64,000 bases of DNA, from assembly GCA_951406725.2 (NCBI GenBank), contig OX597819.1:82584001-82648000 (forward strand), read 5' to 3'. The notes under the pieces are model-generated. The model had not been told where the DNA came from, made no database searches, and saw only the letters and a list, made by a program, of their open reading frames with translations. Source of the stretch: Octopus vulgaris (taxonomy: Eukaryota). Shown here in pieces: positions 14,840 through 28,143 of the stretch. The first letter of the stretch is position 1, and the number at the start of each line of letters is the position of its first letter. Made by a program: the position numbers and the translations under genes.

Positions 14840-15153
14840 CACACTTGCAAAGAGACACACATAGATACATACTGAAGAGTTTTTTCTCCTTCATTATATC
14901 CTTGAGAACTTTGATGAAAGCAGTGTTTGTAGAAAATATCTTAGCTAAGATGATGGAGTTTATGGGCACTATGCATCTTCCATTTCTTGGACAGGAAATT
15001 TTCTGTCAAACTCCATTTCTATGTGCACTGACAGGAGTTCTTCCTCTCCAACCTACACTATATCAATTCTGGAGTACACCATGGTTTGGTCATGCTTCCC
15101 ACTCTTCTGTACGCTAACAGCTCAATTATTCCTATTTCTAACACACTATTTAG

Positions 15154-15219
<66 letters not shown>

Positions 15220-17491
15220 TGGGTATATTTTTAACATTTGTTCTTCATTTAGAATATATATCCCTCAAAGAAAAATCAAATATATTTTCATAAATGGTTT
15301 TTACCTGTGCCAATAGAACTGATTCACATATTCATGTAATAACTACATTCAATTTTAGCTGTTTTTTTTTTTTCTAAAAAAATTATCTAACGTTTTTGCA
15401 CTAGCAACTGTTTTAGCATTTCCTTAAAACAGAATTACTGTTTATTGATTTTCTCTTTGTATAGAATCTGAAATAATATAAGGGCGAAGAATACAAGTGT
15501 AAGGGGCCAGAGGCAGACTTCTGTGGAATATTTATGTAGTTTAGTTAGCTTTAGAAATCAAAACACCTATTTATTATTATTATTACTGTTTCTTCTGCTA
15601 TTACAGTGGGGCATCATCTATAAAACTCCCTTTTGACTAAAGGAATAGCAAAATATTGATAGCAAGGATGTGTATGATGAGAGGTTATTGCTGTTTAGCA
15701 CTATTTTAATCTTGATCATGAAGAGTTATGATCTATGATATTCTAACCATAACTATCTGACCTTTTTCCTATATCAGAGATTATATTGTCCAAAGCATTC
15801 TCCTTTATCTAGGATGATAAAATTATGACTTCAGAAGGACTTGACTTCTATTTTTATTAGTTTGAACAATTGTATGGAAATTCTTTGATTGATTCATATG
15901 ACAAAAGGTAATAAAATTTGTGACACATAAGACCTTAATCCATATCAGGAAAAGAAAACACTGTAATACTTATAGACAGACCAACAGACACAGCCCAACT
16001 GATAATATGTCTAGCAACTGAAAAAACAATCAATGAGTTGTGTCTGGTCACCAATACTGGTTTATGTGTTTCTCTAAAATATTTTGGCAAAGAAATATTA
16101 ATTGGTTTACCATTAGCTAATGCATCAGTATTTTCATATTTGATGAAAGGGAAGATGATCAGCTCAGTAGCTAATAATTTATACTTTTTCAAGTCATAAG
16201 GACTTGTTTCTGGTTTCCACAGTGTTACGCAGGGATGTTATAAACAGACTCTCTTTGTATAAGTTTTTGGTCCATTGCTAGTAGCAATACCAACTAGGCA
16301 AATTGAAATAAAGTTCACCAAGTGATGCTATAACTTAGTGGGTAAATTATACCTATAATATTTACATAAACCTAAACAGATGTCTTGAAGGCTAAATGTT
16401 TTGGTTATAGAAGCAAATCCACAAATCAGTATGGGTAACAGAATGCATGCCACAAATTCTTTTGTGGTTGTCATAGCATATTGACTTGCCTACTTGTTCT
16501 CTTCATGAAAGAAGAGCATCAGATTAATTACTCTATGATATCTTTAGTTTCATATCTGTCTGTCTATGTGTCTGTCTGCATGTCTCTCCCCCCCCCTCTC
16601 TCTCTCTCAAATTCATTGATATCTCCCCTATATTAACTTTCCTTTCTGACTCTTGAGGGTCAATAAAATAAATGTAATTTAATATATTAGTTCAGTTCTG
16701 TGGATAATACCTTTCTCCTTCAAACTTTGGCATTATGCCTAGCCACCAGAAATCAATATTTCATAGGTGAGACTGTGTATTATAACATTTCTCAGAAATA
16801 TTTAATGTTAACTTTTTCTAATGAAAATAATGTTGTGCTAGTTGTAGAGTTAAAGGCAAATATTTTTAGATAACCACAATATTCACAGAAGGAATTTAAT
16901 ATAATGCACCACTTTATCATGTTAACTTATTTTGCCATTCCCAGTTATATAACAGTATAAAATAACTCAATGTTTTTATTCATTTTATCTTATCCCATCA
17001 TTATAGTTAACTAAGCACTGTGTATTGTTTTCACTCATTACTCCTTTAGAAAGCAATTTCAACTTTAAATTCTATTAATTTTAAAGTAAAATAGCTAATT
17101 AATTTTGCTCTACATTATCACATTATTGGTTTATAGTATTGATACAGAATTTCTTCTGCCAATTATTTTCGCAAAGCCATCAGTTAATTATTTCAAATAA
17201 AAATAGAAATGTTGCTATGTACAAAAGGAGTAACATTTTGGCTAAAACCATTCATTGTAGAAACTTCTTTCTTCTTTGAAAAATACCTCTGATCTGGAAA
17301 TAAGATAGTAATTCGTGTCCTAGCACATTAGCATTCACTGCTTCTGTTTTTATTTCTAATCTAATACATACTGATGTAGATCATCCTTAGCCTAAAAATT
17401 CTGTTTACTACACTTGGTTCGAAATTTATATAGTTCTTTTTTTGCTTTATGATTCTTTAATCTGATAAAACAAATTTCCTAGAAATTTCCC

Positions 17492-17641
17492 TTAATGCCA
17501 ATGCAGAATTGGAAGACCAGTGAGGATACTGAATAAGCATAGAAGAGAAAAACCAAAACAAATAGTAACGATGATGGATGAAAATTTGTATTGTACAGCT
17601 GTAGTTCTTTCTCTTGATGTGAATGTGATATTAGGGACTAT
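17492..17641 (-). CDS. Candidate terminal coding exon with a hydrophobic C-terminus; gene unidentified
   Basis: Minus-strand acceptor ttccttttttttttaatgatatgcattttag, then IVPNITFTSRERTTAVQYKFSSIIVTICFGFSLLCLFSILTGLPILHWH*. Lies in unique sequence; no homologue recognised. Confidence 0.25.
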   Translation of the reverse strand: MVPNITFTSRERTTAVQYKFSSIIVTICFGFSLLCLFSILTGLPILHWH

Positions 17642-18904
17642 CTAAAATGCATATCATTAAAAAAAAAAAGGAAAAAATATTTGCAATCTTAAGAATTTTT
17701 ATAAAAAGTTTCATAAGTTATAAAATTTCATATTCTGTGTTCATAACTTATGTATTCCAACTACATCTCTATTATTTAGAGATTGAAATATGTTTCTCAG
17801 ATAAGAATAAACCAGTGTTTGAAGAACAGATTTTAAAATATAAGCTTTACTTCATTGGTAAACAAAAACAATTTGTATGACACTTCTAACATCTTAAAAG
17901 TGGTGGAAAAAGTAATAAACAACTACCCACTTCATCTTGAGTTTTTATCTTCTTAACAAAGCTTTCAGATATTATTATAGCCATATTAGCAACCTATGAG
18001 CACCATATAACTTTCATCTCTTGGATGAGAAATGGAAGTTGTCTCTCAAGCAACACCGTTGAGGTGTTCACTTATGCTCTCTCTTTCTCTTTCTTTCTTT
18101 CTTTCTTTCTTTCTCTCTCTCTCAATCTCTTGCCCTTTCTTTTTTTCTTTCTTTTTTTTTCTCTCTCTCTCTCTCTCTCTCTCCCATACTTTATTTATTT
18201 TAGAATACCACCATGGTTCCTCTCTATACATTAACAACTTACCTTGCTTTCATTTCTAACAAAGTCCGGTTCAGATTAATTTATTTTTCAATCCTTCTTA
18301 ACATCCACACATAACCTACACACTTCACACCAAAAGTGAACTCCCATGATCACAAATTTTAAAAATAGCTGGTCTCTTTCAAAAGCATAATGAACATATA
18401 ATTAGTATTCATATTGCCAAAATGTGAAAATTGTCATGTGTATATGTGTGAAATGCTTTAAATGTAATATTCACCACATTGTACATATGTTGGCTCAACA
18501 ATCAAATTAAATCAACAAGAGAAATGGTAGCAGACTCAAATCACTGAACAACACTTTTGGAAGTATTTCTTCTCTACACAGATTTTTTCAGCAATTCTTA
18601 TGGCTTCCCAATGGATTCATGTGAAGCAGTTTTACTATTTATTATTGTTGTATCTGTTACTACTGCTATTGCTACTATTATAACTATCACAGATGTTACT
18701 ACTGGTACTCAGGATTGGAAAATATTCTTTTAGGTAAGCAATATAAAACAAAATGTAGCAGTGTCATGAGAGTTATTCTGATTGGATTCCACATTACCAG
18801 GGGATGATGTATCTCTACTAGGAAAGAGAAGTAACATCTGTAAGAACATTTATACATGCATAAAATAATGGGCAAATGTTTACTGCCAAACTTTTTAATA
18901 TTAC

Positions 18905-19145
18905 TCTACGTTGTTCCATTTCACTCAGCTGTAGAAATGAGTTGTGATGTCACTGGTGCCAAGCTATATTGGCCTTTGCCTTTCCGTTGGATAACATCAG
19001 CAGCATGGAGAGTGGAGGCTGGTTTGCATAGGCAACTGCTGGTCAATTGTAAACAACCTTGTGCAGATTTGTGCCTTGGAAAGGAACTTTCTAGGTGCAA
19101 TCTCATGGTCATTCATGACTAAAGGGGATATTTATCCTTTACCTG
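18905..19145 (+). mobile_element. SINE family E, 5'-truncated
   Basis: Matches the reverse complement of 38520-38740 and also 59998-60165 (ttctaggtgcaatctcatggtcattc). Confidence 0.75.
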
Positions 19146-19299
19146 ATTTCAAAGTTTAGACAAAGTGATTGCATTAGTGTTGCACTTCTTAAAATTTTTC
19201 ACATAAAACCTTAGAATCAAAGGAAGATTAAAATTCTCAATGGTAAACTATATCTCTACAAATATTTAAGAAGGTATTACACCATAATACCTTTAATGA

Positions 19300-21410
19300 T
19301 TGCTAGAGTCTCTCTATATTAAATCAATAAACAAAGTTTTTGCCATTGGCAACTTGCAAACAGCAAGCATGAGAATCCATCACAGATTCTATTCATGCCT
19401 AACAACTTTTAAACTGAAATTTAAAGTAGTGTCTTCCAGTAAATATTGTGAAGACAGTATTCAGGATTCACTCATTACAGGTTTAGAACAGAATACTATA
19501 TGTTGAAAATTACTTGAAAATAATGAACACCAGTTAAATGATGCAATACATCAAGCACTTGCATCAAAATAGGCCCAGATGAATGCTAATTACTATAATT
19601 CACACTCACAACTTACTTTAATAATGCAGTATCTAGACCTTTACAATAGGGTTGAAGTAATGATTCTCTAATTATTCCCTTAATCTGCCTACTTTTAGAA
19701 ATGACAATAAATGCTTTGTGGTGGTAAGATCCATAGATGACAAGATTACCCTGCCAAGGAATTTCTGTTATTCATATGGTGAAAGGGTCATTACGCAAAG
19801 GTATGCTGATCTAATAATAAATCATCAAGAACCAATTTAATAATATTTACAGATGTTTCAGATTTCACTCAAAAGTCAATAGTGATAATTATTATTAAGA
19901 TGTTGACACTTCAATTGGTTCAAGAAGGTGAGACAATTTTATTCATACCTCTTTAACCATTAATATGAAATTGCCAATTAAATCAATTTTTTGCTTTATT
20001 ATATAATGTATTTAATACACAATAAAATATTCTTAATGGTAATATATATGTAACAATATGAAATTCTCAACAACAGATGATATTTGTGTATCTATGTGAA
20101 GACAAAGTTTTATGACTTTTCACAAAATATGATATTACTTCATTTACGCAATGAATATATACCCTTTTCAAACTTTTAAAGGTTTTGATAAAATTGGTAA
20201 AGCTATTACTATAACACCTAACCGGTTTTATTCTGGAAAAAAAAGGCTTTATCTATTTTGAAGAACTTATTGTTTATTGAGAGGTCTCAAGTGTGGCTTC
20301 TGTTTTTATGTGGTGAAGAAAGGGTTTAGTCATGGAAAATTTTCTAAACTAGGATTACTGTAGATTACTTAATAACTGTTAATTTCCTTGCTTTTTTGGG
20401 GGGGGGGGATGCACACCCCTTACCTTTAATTCTAACTTTGATTTTAAATAACAACTCTGTGAACTAGCTTATTAAATCTCACTGCATATTGATAATTGAT
20501 TCTTTATAGTATATGAAAGTAAAGGAAAATTACATCAGTTTTGTAAATGTCTTTTGATTTAGAGAATGTCATAGCTAATTTTCAAAGAATAATTGAGAGC
20601 ATAGTTATTGAACATCATCTAACTGCAACATTTGCTTATCCTGATGATGGGGAAAAATTTGGAGGATCATAATCAAAATTTAAATAAGGTTGTCAGTGAC
20701 TATTAACATCAACATATTTTAAATGAGGTTAAGTGTATATATATATATATAACATGCAAGCTATCCACTTCTAGAATATAAAATTTCTTACAGAACTCTA
20801 AAACTAGATATGGAAAAGTTACTTTTATCAGTTTCTCATTAGCCTTCAGCAGAAACACAAATATGTGATTTTAATAGTCTCAAAGTATATATTCCTAAGG
20901 CTACACTTAGAACAGTTGTTGAATTTGAAATATTTGTACTTCAAATTAATGCCTCTGAGATAACTATATCTGGTAGATTGCTGGAGAATAATAGCTTGCT
21001 TTTTAAGAACATTAACTACTCATAAACAAAAACATTATTTATTGAACTGGCAACATAACCATTATAAAAAGTGTCAGAAAGTGGAAACATTGGTTAATTG
21101 CAAAACCTATTTCAACTATTAACAGATCAAGAATCTATTATTTTTATTTTCAACTACAAGCATTCATCAAAGGTTCAGAATAATAAATTGGTATCTTATC
21201 GATTGGAATTGTCTAAATACTCATATGATATATTGCATTATCTTAAAAGAAAAAGAAAAAAACACTATTGTAGATGCTTTCTCTAGAATATATTTTATTT
21301 CTCTCAATTTTTTTCTCTTTCTCAACTTCATGAACATCTTTGACATCATGGCATCTATCAGTTTTAGTACCATATGAAATCCAAAAGTTTACCTTTCAGC
21401 ATATTAAGCC
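19300..21410 (+). mobile_element. Ty3/Gypsy LTR retrotransposon internal relic (gag, RT, RNase H, start of integrase)
   Basis: Remnants in Gypsy order: EDSIQDSLITGLEQNTI (gag); PAKE...KGHYAKVC (zinc knuckle); VIANFQRIIESIVIEHHLTATFAYPDD (RT YxDD); FVLQINASE and LLTDQESIIFIFNYKHSSKVQNNKLVSYRLELSKYSYDI..VDAFSR (RNase H); LHEHL*HHGI (integrase). No LTRs recognised. Confidence 0.85.
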
Positions 21411-21524
21411 ATAAATTTTTGCCCAAAATTTACTAATTAGTACATGCTGCTCAACCATTAAAAAGACAATCCGTTGACATCTTGGTGACTAGTGGAATTT
21501 TATAAATAAATTAGTACATTTTGG

Positions 21525-21915
21525 GCACAGGCATAGCTGAGAAGTTCGCTTCTCAAATTACAGTTCTGTTTCATTGCATGGTACCTTGAGTAAATGACTT
21601 CTACTATAGCCTCAGGCTGACCAAAGCCCTGTGAGTGAATTTAGTAGATGGTAACTAAAAGGAGCACATATCTCTAATATTTTAACTTTTCATCTCCCAG
21701 AATAAACCCCACTCCCAGTGTTTGTAGCTTTGTAAGTTACATGGCAATCTCATTAGTGTTGAAGGCATGAAAATAGCACCAAGTACACATTGCAAAGTGG
21801 TTGACATTAGGAATAGCACCCATGAAAGGCAGACACTGGAGCACAATGGATGCTGTTAAACCTTCTAGCCCATGCCAGCATAGAACATGGTCATTAAGTG
21901 TTGATAAGGATAATG
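21525..21915 (+). mobile_element. Decayed SINE family A head followed by a decayed RTE tail
   Basis: ctactatagcctcaggctgaccaaagccctgtgagtg, then agtggttgacattaggaa...cccatgccagcat. Confidence 0.6.
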
Positions 21916-22095
21916 ATTTCTGTAGCTACTGTAATTGTTGAGAATATAAACAGATTGGCTGCTCATTTCTCTGGGATTAATGAAATTGAAGTAGACACCT
22001 TGGATGAGAATCCAATAAGATACGAAAATTGATTAAGGTTGTTCATCACTTTTTCAATCAACAGAAAAATAGCTAAATTATGAAGGTACTATATG

Positions 22096-22127
<32 letters not shown>

Positions 22128-22131
<4 letters not shown>

Positions 22132-22434
22132 GATCACCGTGACCGACCAGGCCATCAGATGTTGTTACACATCGCTGGTCACAATGTGCTTCGCATTGTT
22201 TTAGCCTTCAAATGATGCCACCCCGCTAGCTAAGCGAGCAGGCCAACAGAAGAAAGAGTGAGAGAAAGTTGTGGTGAAAGAGTACAGCAGGGATCGCCAC
22301 CACCCCCTGCCGGAGCCTCGTGGAGCTTTTAGGTGTTTTCACTCTATAAACACTCACAACGCCCGGTCTGGGAATCGAAACCACGATCCTACGACCGTGA
22401 GTCCGCTGCCCTAACCACTAGGCCATTGTGCCAC

Positions 22435-22436
<2 letters not shown>
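22128..22436 (-). mobile_element. tRNA-derived SINE family C inserted in (TA)n
   Basis: Minus-strand head TGGCCTAGTGGTTAGGGCAGCGGACTCACGGTCGTAGGATCGTGGTTTCGATTCC with clear A and B boxes; CpG retained; (TA)n on both sides. Confidence 0.9.
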
Positions 22437-22504
<68 letters not shown>

Positions 22505-22852
22505 TAGATAGATATAATATATTTATATGTATACATACATGTATATGAAAGAAAATAAAACTGTAAGCTCACAAATTAGTTCCCTCATCTTATTTAGACA
22601 TCAGTAGAATTACCTTTCAATTATGTGTTCACAACCCTATCTTTCAATTTTCATTTTGCATCAGCTCATGCAGAACTCTTTTTTTATTTTAATATGAACA
22701 CATCTTCAATGTGTATCTCAATTAGTTTCTCCTTCTTTTGTGATGTGGACCTCTCTTTTACAACATAATCCAGGAATATTAAGGTTTACATATTTAGTTT
22801 ATATCATTTTTGAAAACTCTGCTTAAGATCTATTTTCATTATCTAGGAGCTT

Positions 22853-23155
22853 CATCATCATCATCATCATCATCATCATTTAGCGTCCGTTTTCCATGCT
22901 AGCATGGGTTGGACGGTTCAACTGGGGTCTGTGAAGCCGGAAGGCTTCATCAGGCCCAGTCAGATCTGGCAGTGTTTCTACGGCTGGATGCCCTTCCTAA
23001 CGTCAACCACTCCATGAGTGTAGTGGGTGCTTTTTACGTGCCACCTACACAGGTGCCAGACAGAGCTGGCAAACGGCCACAAACGGATGGTGCTTTCACG
23101 TGCCACCGGCACGGGGGCCAGGCGAAGCTGGCAGCGGACACGAACGGATGGTGCT
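22853..23155 (-). mobile_element. Young RTE 3' tail or RTE-tailed SINE
   Basis: (CAT)n tail on the left; near-identical reverse complement of 58050-58328; homologous to the 3' UTR of the LINE at 24070-24500. Confidence 0.9.
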
Positions 23156-23337
23156 TGACAATTAAATTAAATTTAGTGTATACCTTAAGGATGAATGACA
23201 GCTATATGCTTGTATTTAGGTAATATGTGCAACTACAAATTGTATTATGCCAAAAACGAATGAAACATTAGTATCTGCTGAATATATTTTAATTTCCAGA
23301 CATATGTATGTAACGTGTGCATGTATGTATATAGATG

Positions 23338-23389
<52 letters not shown>

Positions 23390-24069
23390 TATATATATAC
23401 ATCATAATAAGCAACAAGAATATCTTCGGTAATTTGGTACGATCGTTTCATGCTACATCATTTTATTAAACATTGTAAGTATTACAACAGTTTTAAAATG
23501 TCGAGCAATCATCAGCCATTTATAGAGGTTTTCCATTATTACATATTTTCGTATTAATTGACAACATTATAGAGAGGGTAGATATATAGACAGAGATGTT
23601 GATTTGAATTTTAAGAACATTAAGATAGTAGAATTTATCTTCTGACAGAAGAATATTCTTTGTTTTGAACTGCTAGAAGGTGGGGAAGTATATTCAGTTG
23701 AATAGAGACAAAAGAGATTTTCGATTTATAGAAATAGGGGTGAAATAAATGTCAGAAGTCATTCCTAAAGAAATTAAAGTAGAAAGGGGGTTATAATGCC
23801 CTAGGTGCTGTTTACTGCTTTTTGGCAAACAGCTCAATGTTAGATGGTCACAAGAAAACTAGCTCAATGTTAGATGGTCACAATGACCACCTATATACTA
23901 AAAAGTTATAGAGAATACAGAGATTCCTTTACACTTATATACATCAGCTTTATACTTAGCTAGTAGGTGTTGATTATTTTGATACGTTGGATTAAAGGAG
24001 AAATTATAAATCTAATATTTATTAATTTTGGAGAAAAATCTATCATTTTATCTAATAATAGATTTTATC

Positions 24070-25965
24070 TAATGGACGATTTGACTGAGGACTGGCAAAC
24101 CAGTTGGCTGCACCAGGCTCCAATCTTGATTTGACAGAGTTTCTACAGCTGGATGCCCTTCCAAACACCAACCACTCTGAGAGTGTAGTGGGTGCTTTTA
24201 CATTCCAATGGCATGAGGGCCAGTCAGGTGGTACTGGCAACAGTGACAGAAAATCGTGTTTTTTTTACATGTCACCTGTACACTGGCACAAGTGCCAGTA
24301 AGGCGATGCTGGTAATGATCATGCCCAAAAGGTGCTTTTTACATGCCACTAGCACGAATGCCAGTTAACTGCTCTAGCAACGATCATGCTCAGATGGTTC
24401 TCTTAGTGCTCCACTTGTACAGATGCCAGTCATCGAATTTGATTTCGATTCCGATTTCACTTGCCTCAACAGGTGTTCACAAGTAGTGTCCAATGAAGGG
24501 AAGGTATGCATAAGTGGGCTGGTTACACTCCTGGCTTAGGCTACAAAGTTATAGTCTCACTTGGCTTTCCCGTTCTTCTCAAGCACAGCATATTTCCAAA
24601 ATTCTCAGTCACTGGTCATTGCCTCGGTGAGGCCTAATGTTCAAAGGTCATGCTTCACCATTTCATCCCAGGTCTTCCTGGGTCTACCTCTTCCACAGGT
24701 TCCCTCAACCACTAGGGTGTGGCACTTTTACACAAAGCCATCCTCATCCATTCTCACAACATGACCGTACCAGTGCAGTCATCTCTCTTGCACACCACAT
24801 CTGATGCTTCTTAGGTACAACTTTTCTCTCAAGGTACTTACACTCTGTCGAGTATGCACACTGACATTACACATCCATTGGATCATACTGGCTTCATTCC
24901 TTGCAAGCTTACGCATGTCCTCTGCAGTCACGGCCCATGTTTCACTGCCATGTAGCATGGCTGTTCGTACACATGCATCATGCAGTCTACCTTTTACTCT
25001 GAGCGAGAGGCCCTTTATCACCAGCAGAGGTAAGAGCTCTCTCAACTTTGCCCAGGCTATTCTTATTCTAGCAGCTACACTTTCAGCGCACCCTCCCCGC
25101 TACTGACTTGGTCACTTAGGTAACGGAAGCTATCAACTACTTCTAGTTTTTCTCCCTGGAATGTGGCAGAAGTTGTTCTCTGCTCATTTTCAGTGTTTAT
25201 TGCTCCTGAGCATCTACCGCATACAAAAACTATCTTCCCAGTTAGCCTTCCTTTGATATTGATGCACCTCTTATGTGTCCATTGCTTACACTGGGTACAT
25301 CTTATAGAGTTTCTACCTTCGCCTTTTCTACACATCAGGCAGGGCCATCTACTTGAAGGGATTTGTGGTTTGCCTGCCTTCCTACTTATTAGGACTTTGG
25401 TTTTAGCTAGGTTGACTCTAAGGCCCTTCGATTCTAATCCTTGTTTTCACATCTGAAACTCCTCCTCTAGTTCTGACCGTGACTCAGCAATTAGAGCAAG
25501 GTTGTCAGCATAGAGGAGCTCCCAGGGGTATCCTGGCTTGAATTTCTCTGTTATTGCCTGGAGGACTATGATAAATAGGAGGAGGCTAAAGACTGAACCT
25601 TGGTGAACCCCTGCCTCCACCTGAAATTCTTCACTGTATTCGTTGCCAACCCTCACCTTACTGACAACATCCCTGTACATATCTTGCACAGCTCTAACCA
25701 TTCATCTATCCCTAGTTTCCTCATTGACCACCAGATAAAGGATCAGGGGACCCTGTCAAAGGCTTTCTCTATGTCAACAAAAGCCAGGTACAGAGGTTTA
25801 TCTTTTGCCAGGTATTTCTCCTGCAGCTGTCTTACCAGAAATATAGCAGCAGTGGTGCATTTCCCTGGCACAAACCCAAACTGCATCTCATCTAAACTCA
25901 CTCTCTCCCTAATTAGTTGGGCTATGACCCTCTCTGTGACCTTCATTACCTAATCTAACAACTAA
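24070..25965 (-). mobile_element. 5'-truncated RTE-clade LINE (RT pseudogene plus 3' UTR)
   Basis: QFGFVPGK..AIFLVRQLQEK..AFVDIEKAFDRVP, GVHQGSVFSLLLF, ELLYADNL, NLAKTKVL, PHD-like insert, LEVVDSFRYL, AMLHGSETW; frameshifted. Confidence 0.95.
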
Positions 25966-26952
25966 TATATATATATATATATGCATGTATGTAATATATA
26001 TATATATATTTGCATGTATATATTCTGTACTTGTGCACATTACTTTACTTTAATGTAAACATATATCTGGTATTAAATCTTAGATTAGCAACCAATGAAT
26101 TTAGTTAAATCTTTAGCTTTATTTTTTATGAAGCATCAAGTTATTTTCACATTTTTATTTATATATTATTTTTATTTTAATAGCATTTTATTTTTTTATT
26201 CCATGGAAACCAATTTTGTTGCTAATCTTTTCTCTAGTATCTTTTTTATCATAGCAATCATATCATTTTCTTTTCTCTATAACAATTATGTATGTGAGTT
26301 TTTATAACAGATGGTCTTTATAATTAATACTATATATACATAGAAGTGTTCAGTTTTCTCATTATTTAAAATGTTATTTTTGCTAAAATTTAACAATCTT
26401 TAGAATTTTCTTTATATTCAATAAAAATATTCTTTCTGTATAATGAAGTTTTTCTCTCTGATTTATTTGCTAATTAGTAATAATTAGGTATATAAGAATA
26501 TTAATGGGGTATGTTATCTTCACATGAATTTTTAAAATTGTCGACTATTAACTTTCTCAGTATCTTTATTCCATAATAAACAATAATGAATTTAAAAAGC
26601 CTTAAATTATTTAATCCATTAGTTATTATGAAATACGGAATATGGAAATGATACTGATAATTTTTTTTCTTTTTGAAGAGCCCTTTGCCTCATAGGCACA
26701 CACTAGGTTTAGTTTTACATTTTGATATTTAATTATTTTCAGTAATAATCTTAAAAAAAGGAAGTTCGGTAAAAATTAAATAGGTTTACTATTGTCATTG
26801 TCGTTGTAGTTCTCATCATTGCTGTCATTGACAGTGGTTGCAGCAACAGTGAAAATGTCAGTGACAATGGTGTTTAACCACAAGTCAATGCTGATTAAGT
26901 TGTTGCATCAAGAATTAAAACTATGCCATTGTTTTCTGTGTTTTCAGATATA

Positions 26953-27213
26953 AATAATAAATAAACGTGCCCTTTTAAAACCTAGCCAGGCTCATGGGCC
27001 CGGTTTCCCAGTTACTATGGTGTTTATGTTCTCCAGCTGGATGGGATGCCAGTCCATCGCAACATTACTCATTTTTGCCAGCTGAGAGGACTGGAGCAAC
27101 ATGAAATGAAGTGTTTTGCTCAAGAACGCAATGCATCTTCCGGTCCAGGAATCGAAACCACAATCTTACGATCATGATGCTGACACCCTAACCACTAAGC
27201 CACATGCCTCCAC
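26953..27213 (-). mobile_element. tRNA-derived SINE family D with 13-bp target-site duplication
   Basis: Minus-strand head GTGGAGGCATGTGGCTTAGTGGTTAGGG...GGTTTCGATTCC. TSD GTTTTCAGATATA at 26940-26952 and 27214-27226. Confidence 0.92.
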
Positions 27214-27892
27214 GTTTTCAGATATAGTGTATCTAAATCTACAATATGCAATGTGTCCTGATTTTTAAGATGTTAGGTTGTAATTTGGTGGATTTTAGTG
27301 AATATTTCAGACAGGTGCAGGAACTAAAGGTTTTCTCTTAACATAGATTGTTACTTGAGTAGCTTGATGTGAATGGTCTCAATTTGTCTGAGGTGTGAGC
27401 ATAGATATGTTGATCAAAACTTTTACTTCGATATTATTGGGTCTTCTGTTATCAGCACAACATGTACCAGCATTGCTCCACAGCTATCTCATGACATACG
27501 TTATCTGAAATGAAACCTTTTACTGAAGAGCAAACTGTTCTAGAGTTATCCTAGAGAACATGTAACAATGTCTAATTTTTCTGAGGACATAATCTCAGTG
27601 ATCTACATAATGATCTTAAAATATCATTAAGATGGATTCCACTATTAGAACAGAAATGTCTTGGAATATTTTGCACACGACAACAATATGGACTTAGTAG
27701 AAATGAATCTCTTAAATTATAAGCATTTATCAAAGCTCTATGATCCACAAGAGACAGCTAGGACTAAATGTCATTAACCCCTGAAAAATGAAAAGTTTAA
27801 TCAATCAAGGCTTGGTTTCAATGACTGACAGAGATACATTTAAGCTCTTGAATAGTTCAACAACATGACCTTGTTCTTTTTCTTTTCTGTAG

Positions 27893-28143
27893 TGTTGATT
27901 TACAAAGATATTGATATAAAACATACTGAAGCATTAACAACTCAAGAAGTTTTGACATGTTCTGTTGCTTTAATGGAGTTAATAAAGTTTTCTGCCGCAA
28001 ACTATGTGAGAAACAACTAAGATTTTAAATGAAACATTGTAATAGCTTTTGCATACAGCTACAATAACGACAGTTTGCAGTTGAATTTTTATTACTAAAA
28101 TATTCCCTCTGACATCAGACAATAAACATGAAAGTGAAGACAG
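27893..28143 (+). other. Candidate non-coding or 5' UTR exon
   Basis: Acceptor ttgttctttttcttttctgtag and consensus donor CAG|GTGAGT. Stops occur in all frames; an ATG at 28128 (MKVKT) is open to the donor. Confidence 0.3.

Noticed and set aside
15935-16192. 85-aa ORF in unique DNA
   Set aside because: Non-ATG start, no motif and no splice context.
18250-18620. Possible GIY-YIG remnant (YVGST)
   Set aside because: A single short motif in broken frames.
21420-21527. 19-bp inverted repeat at the Gypsy/SINE junction
   Set aside because: Short and AT-rich with no TSD or second copy; probably a repair scar or chance.
22360-22436. tRNA-like sequence (also 27140-27213 and 38770-38850)
   Set aside because: These are SINE heads continuous with a SINE body; there is no proper acceptor stem, and one copy has a TSD.
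23831-23883. 23-bp direct repeat with short spacer (similar case at 7024-7064)
   Set aside because: Only two units; an ordinary slippage duplication, not CRISPR-like.
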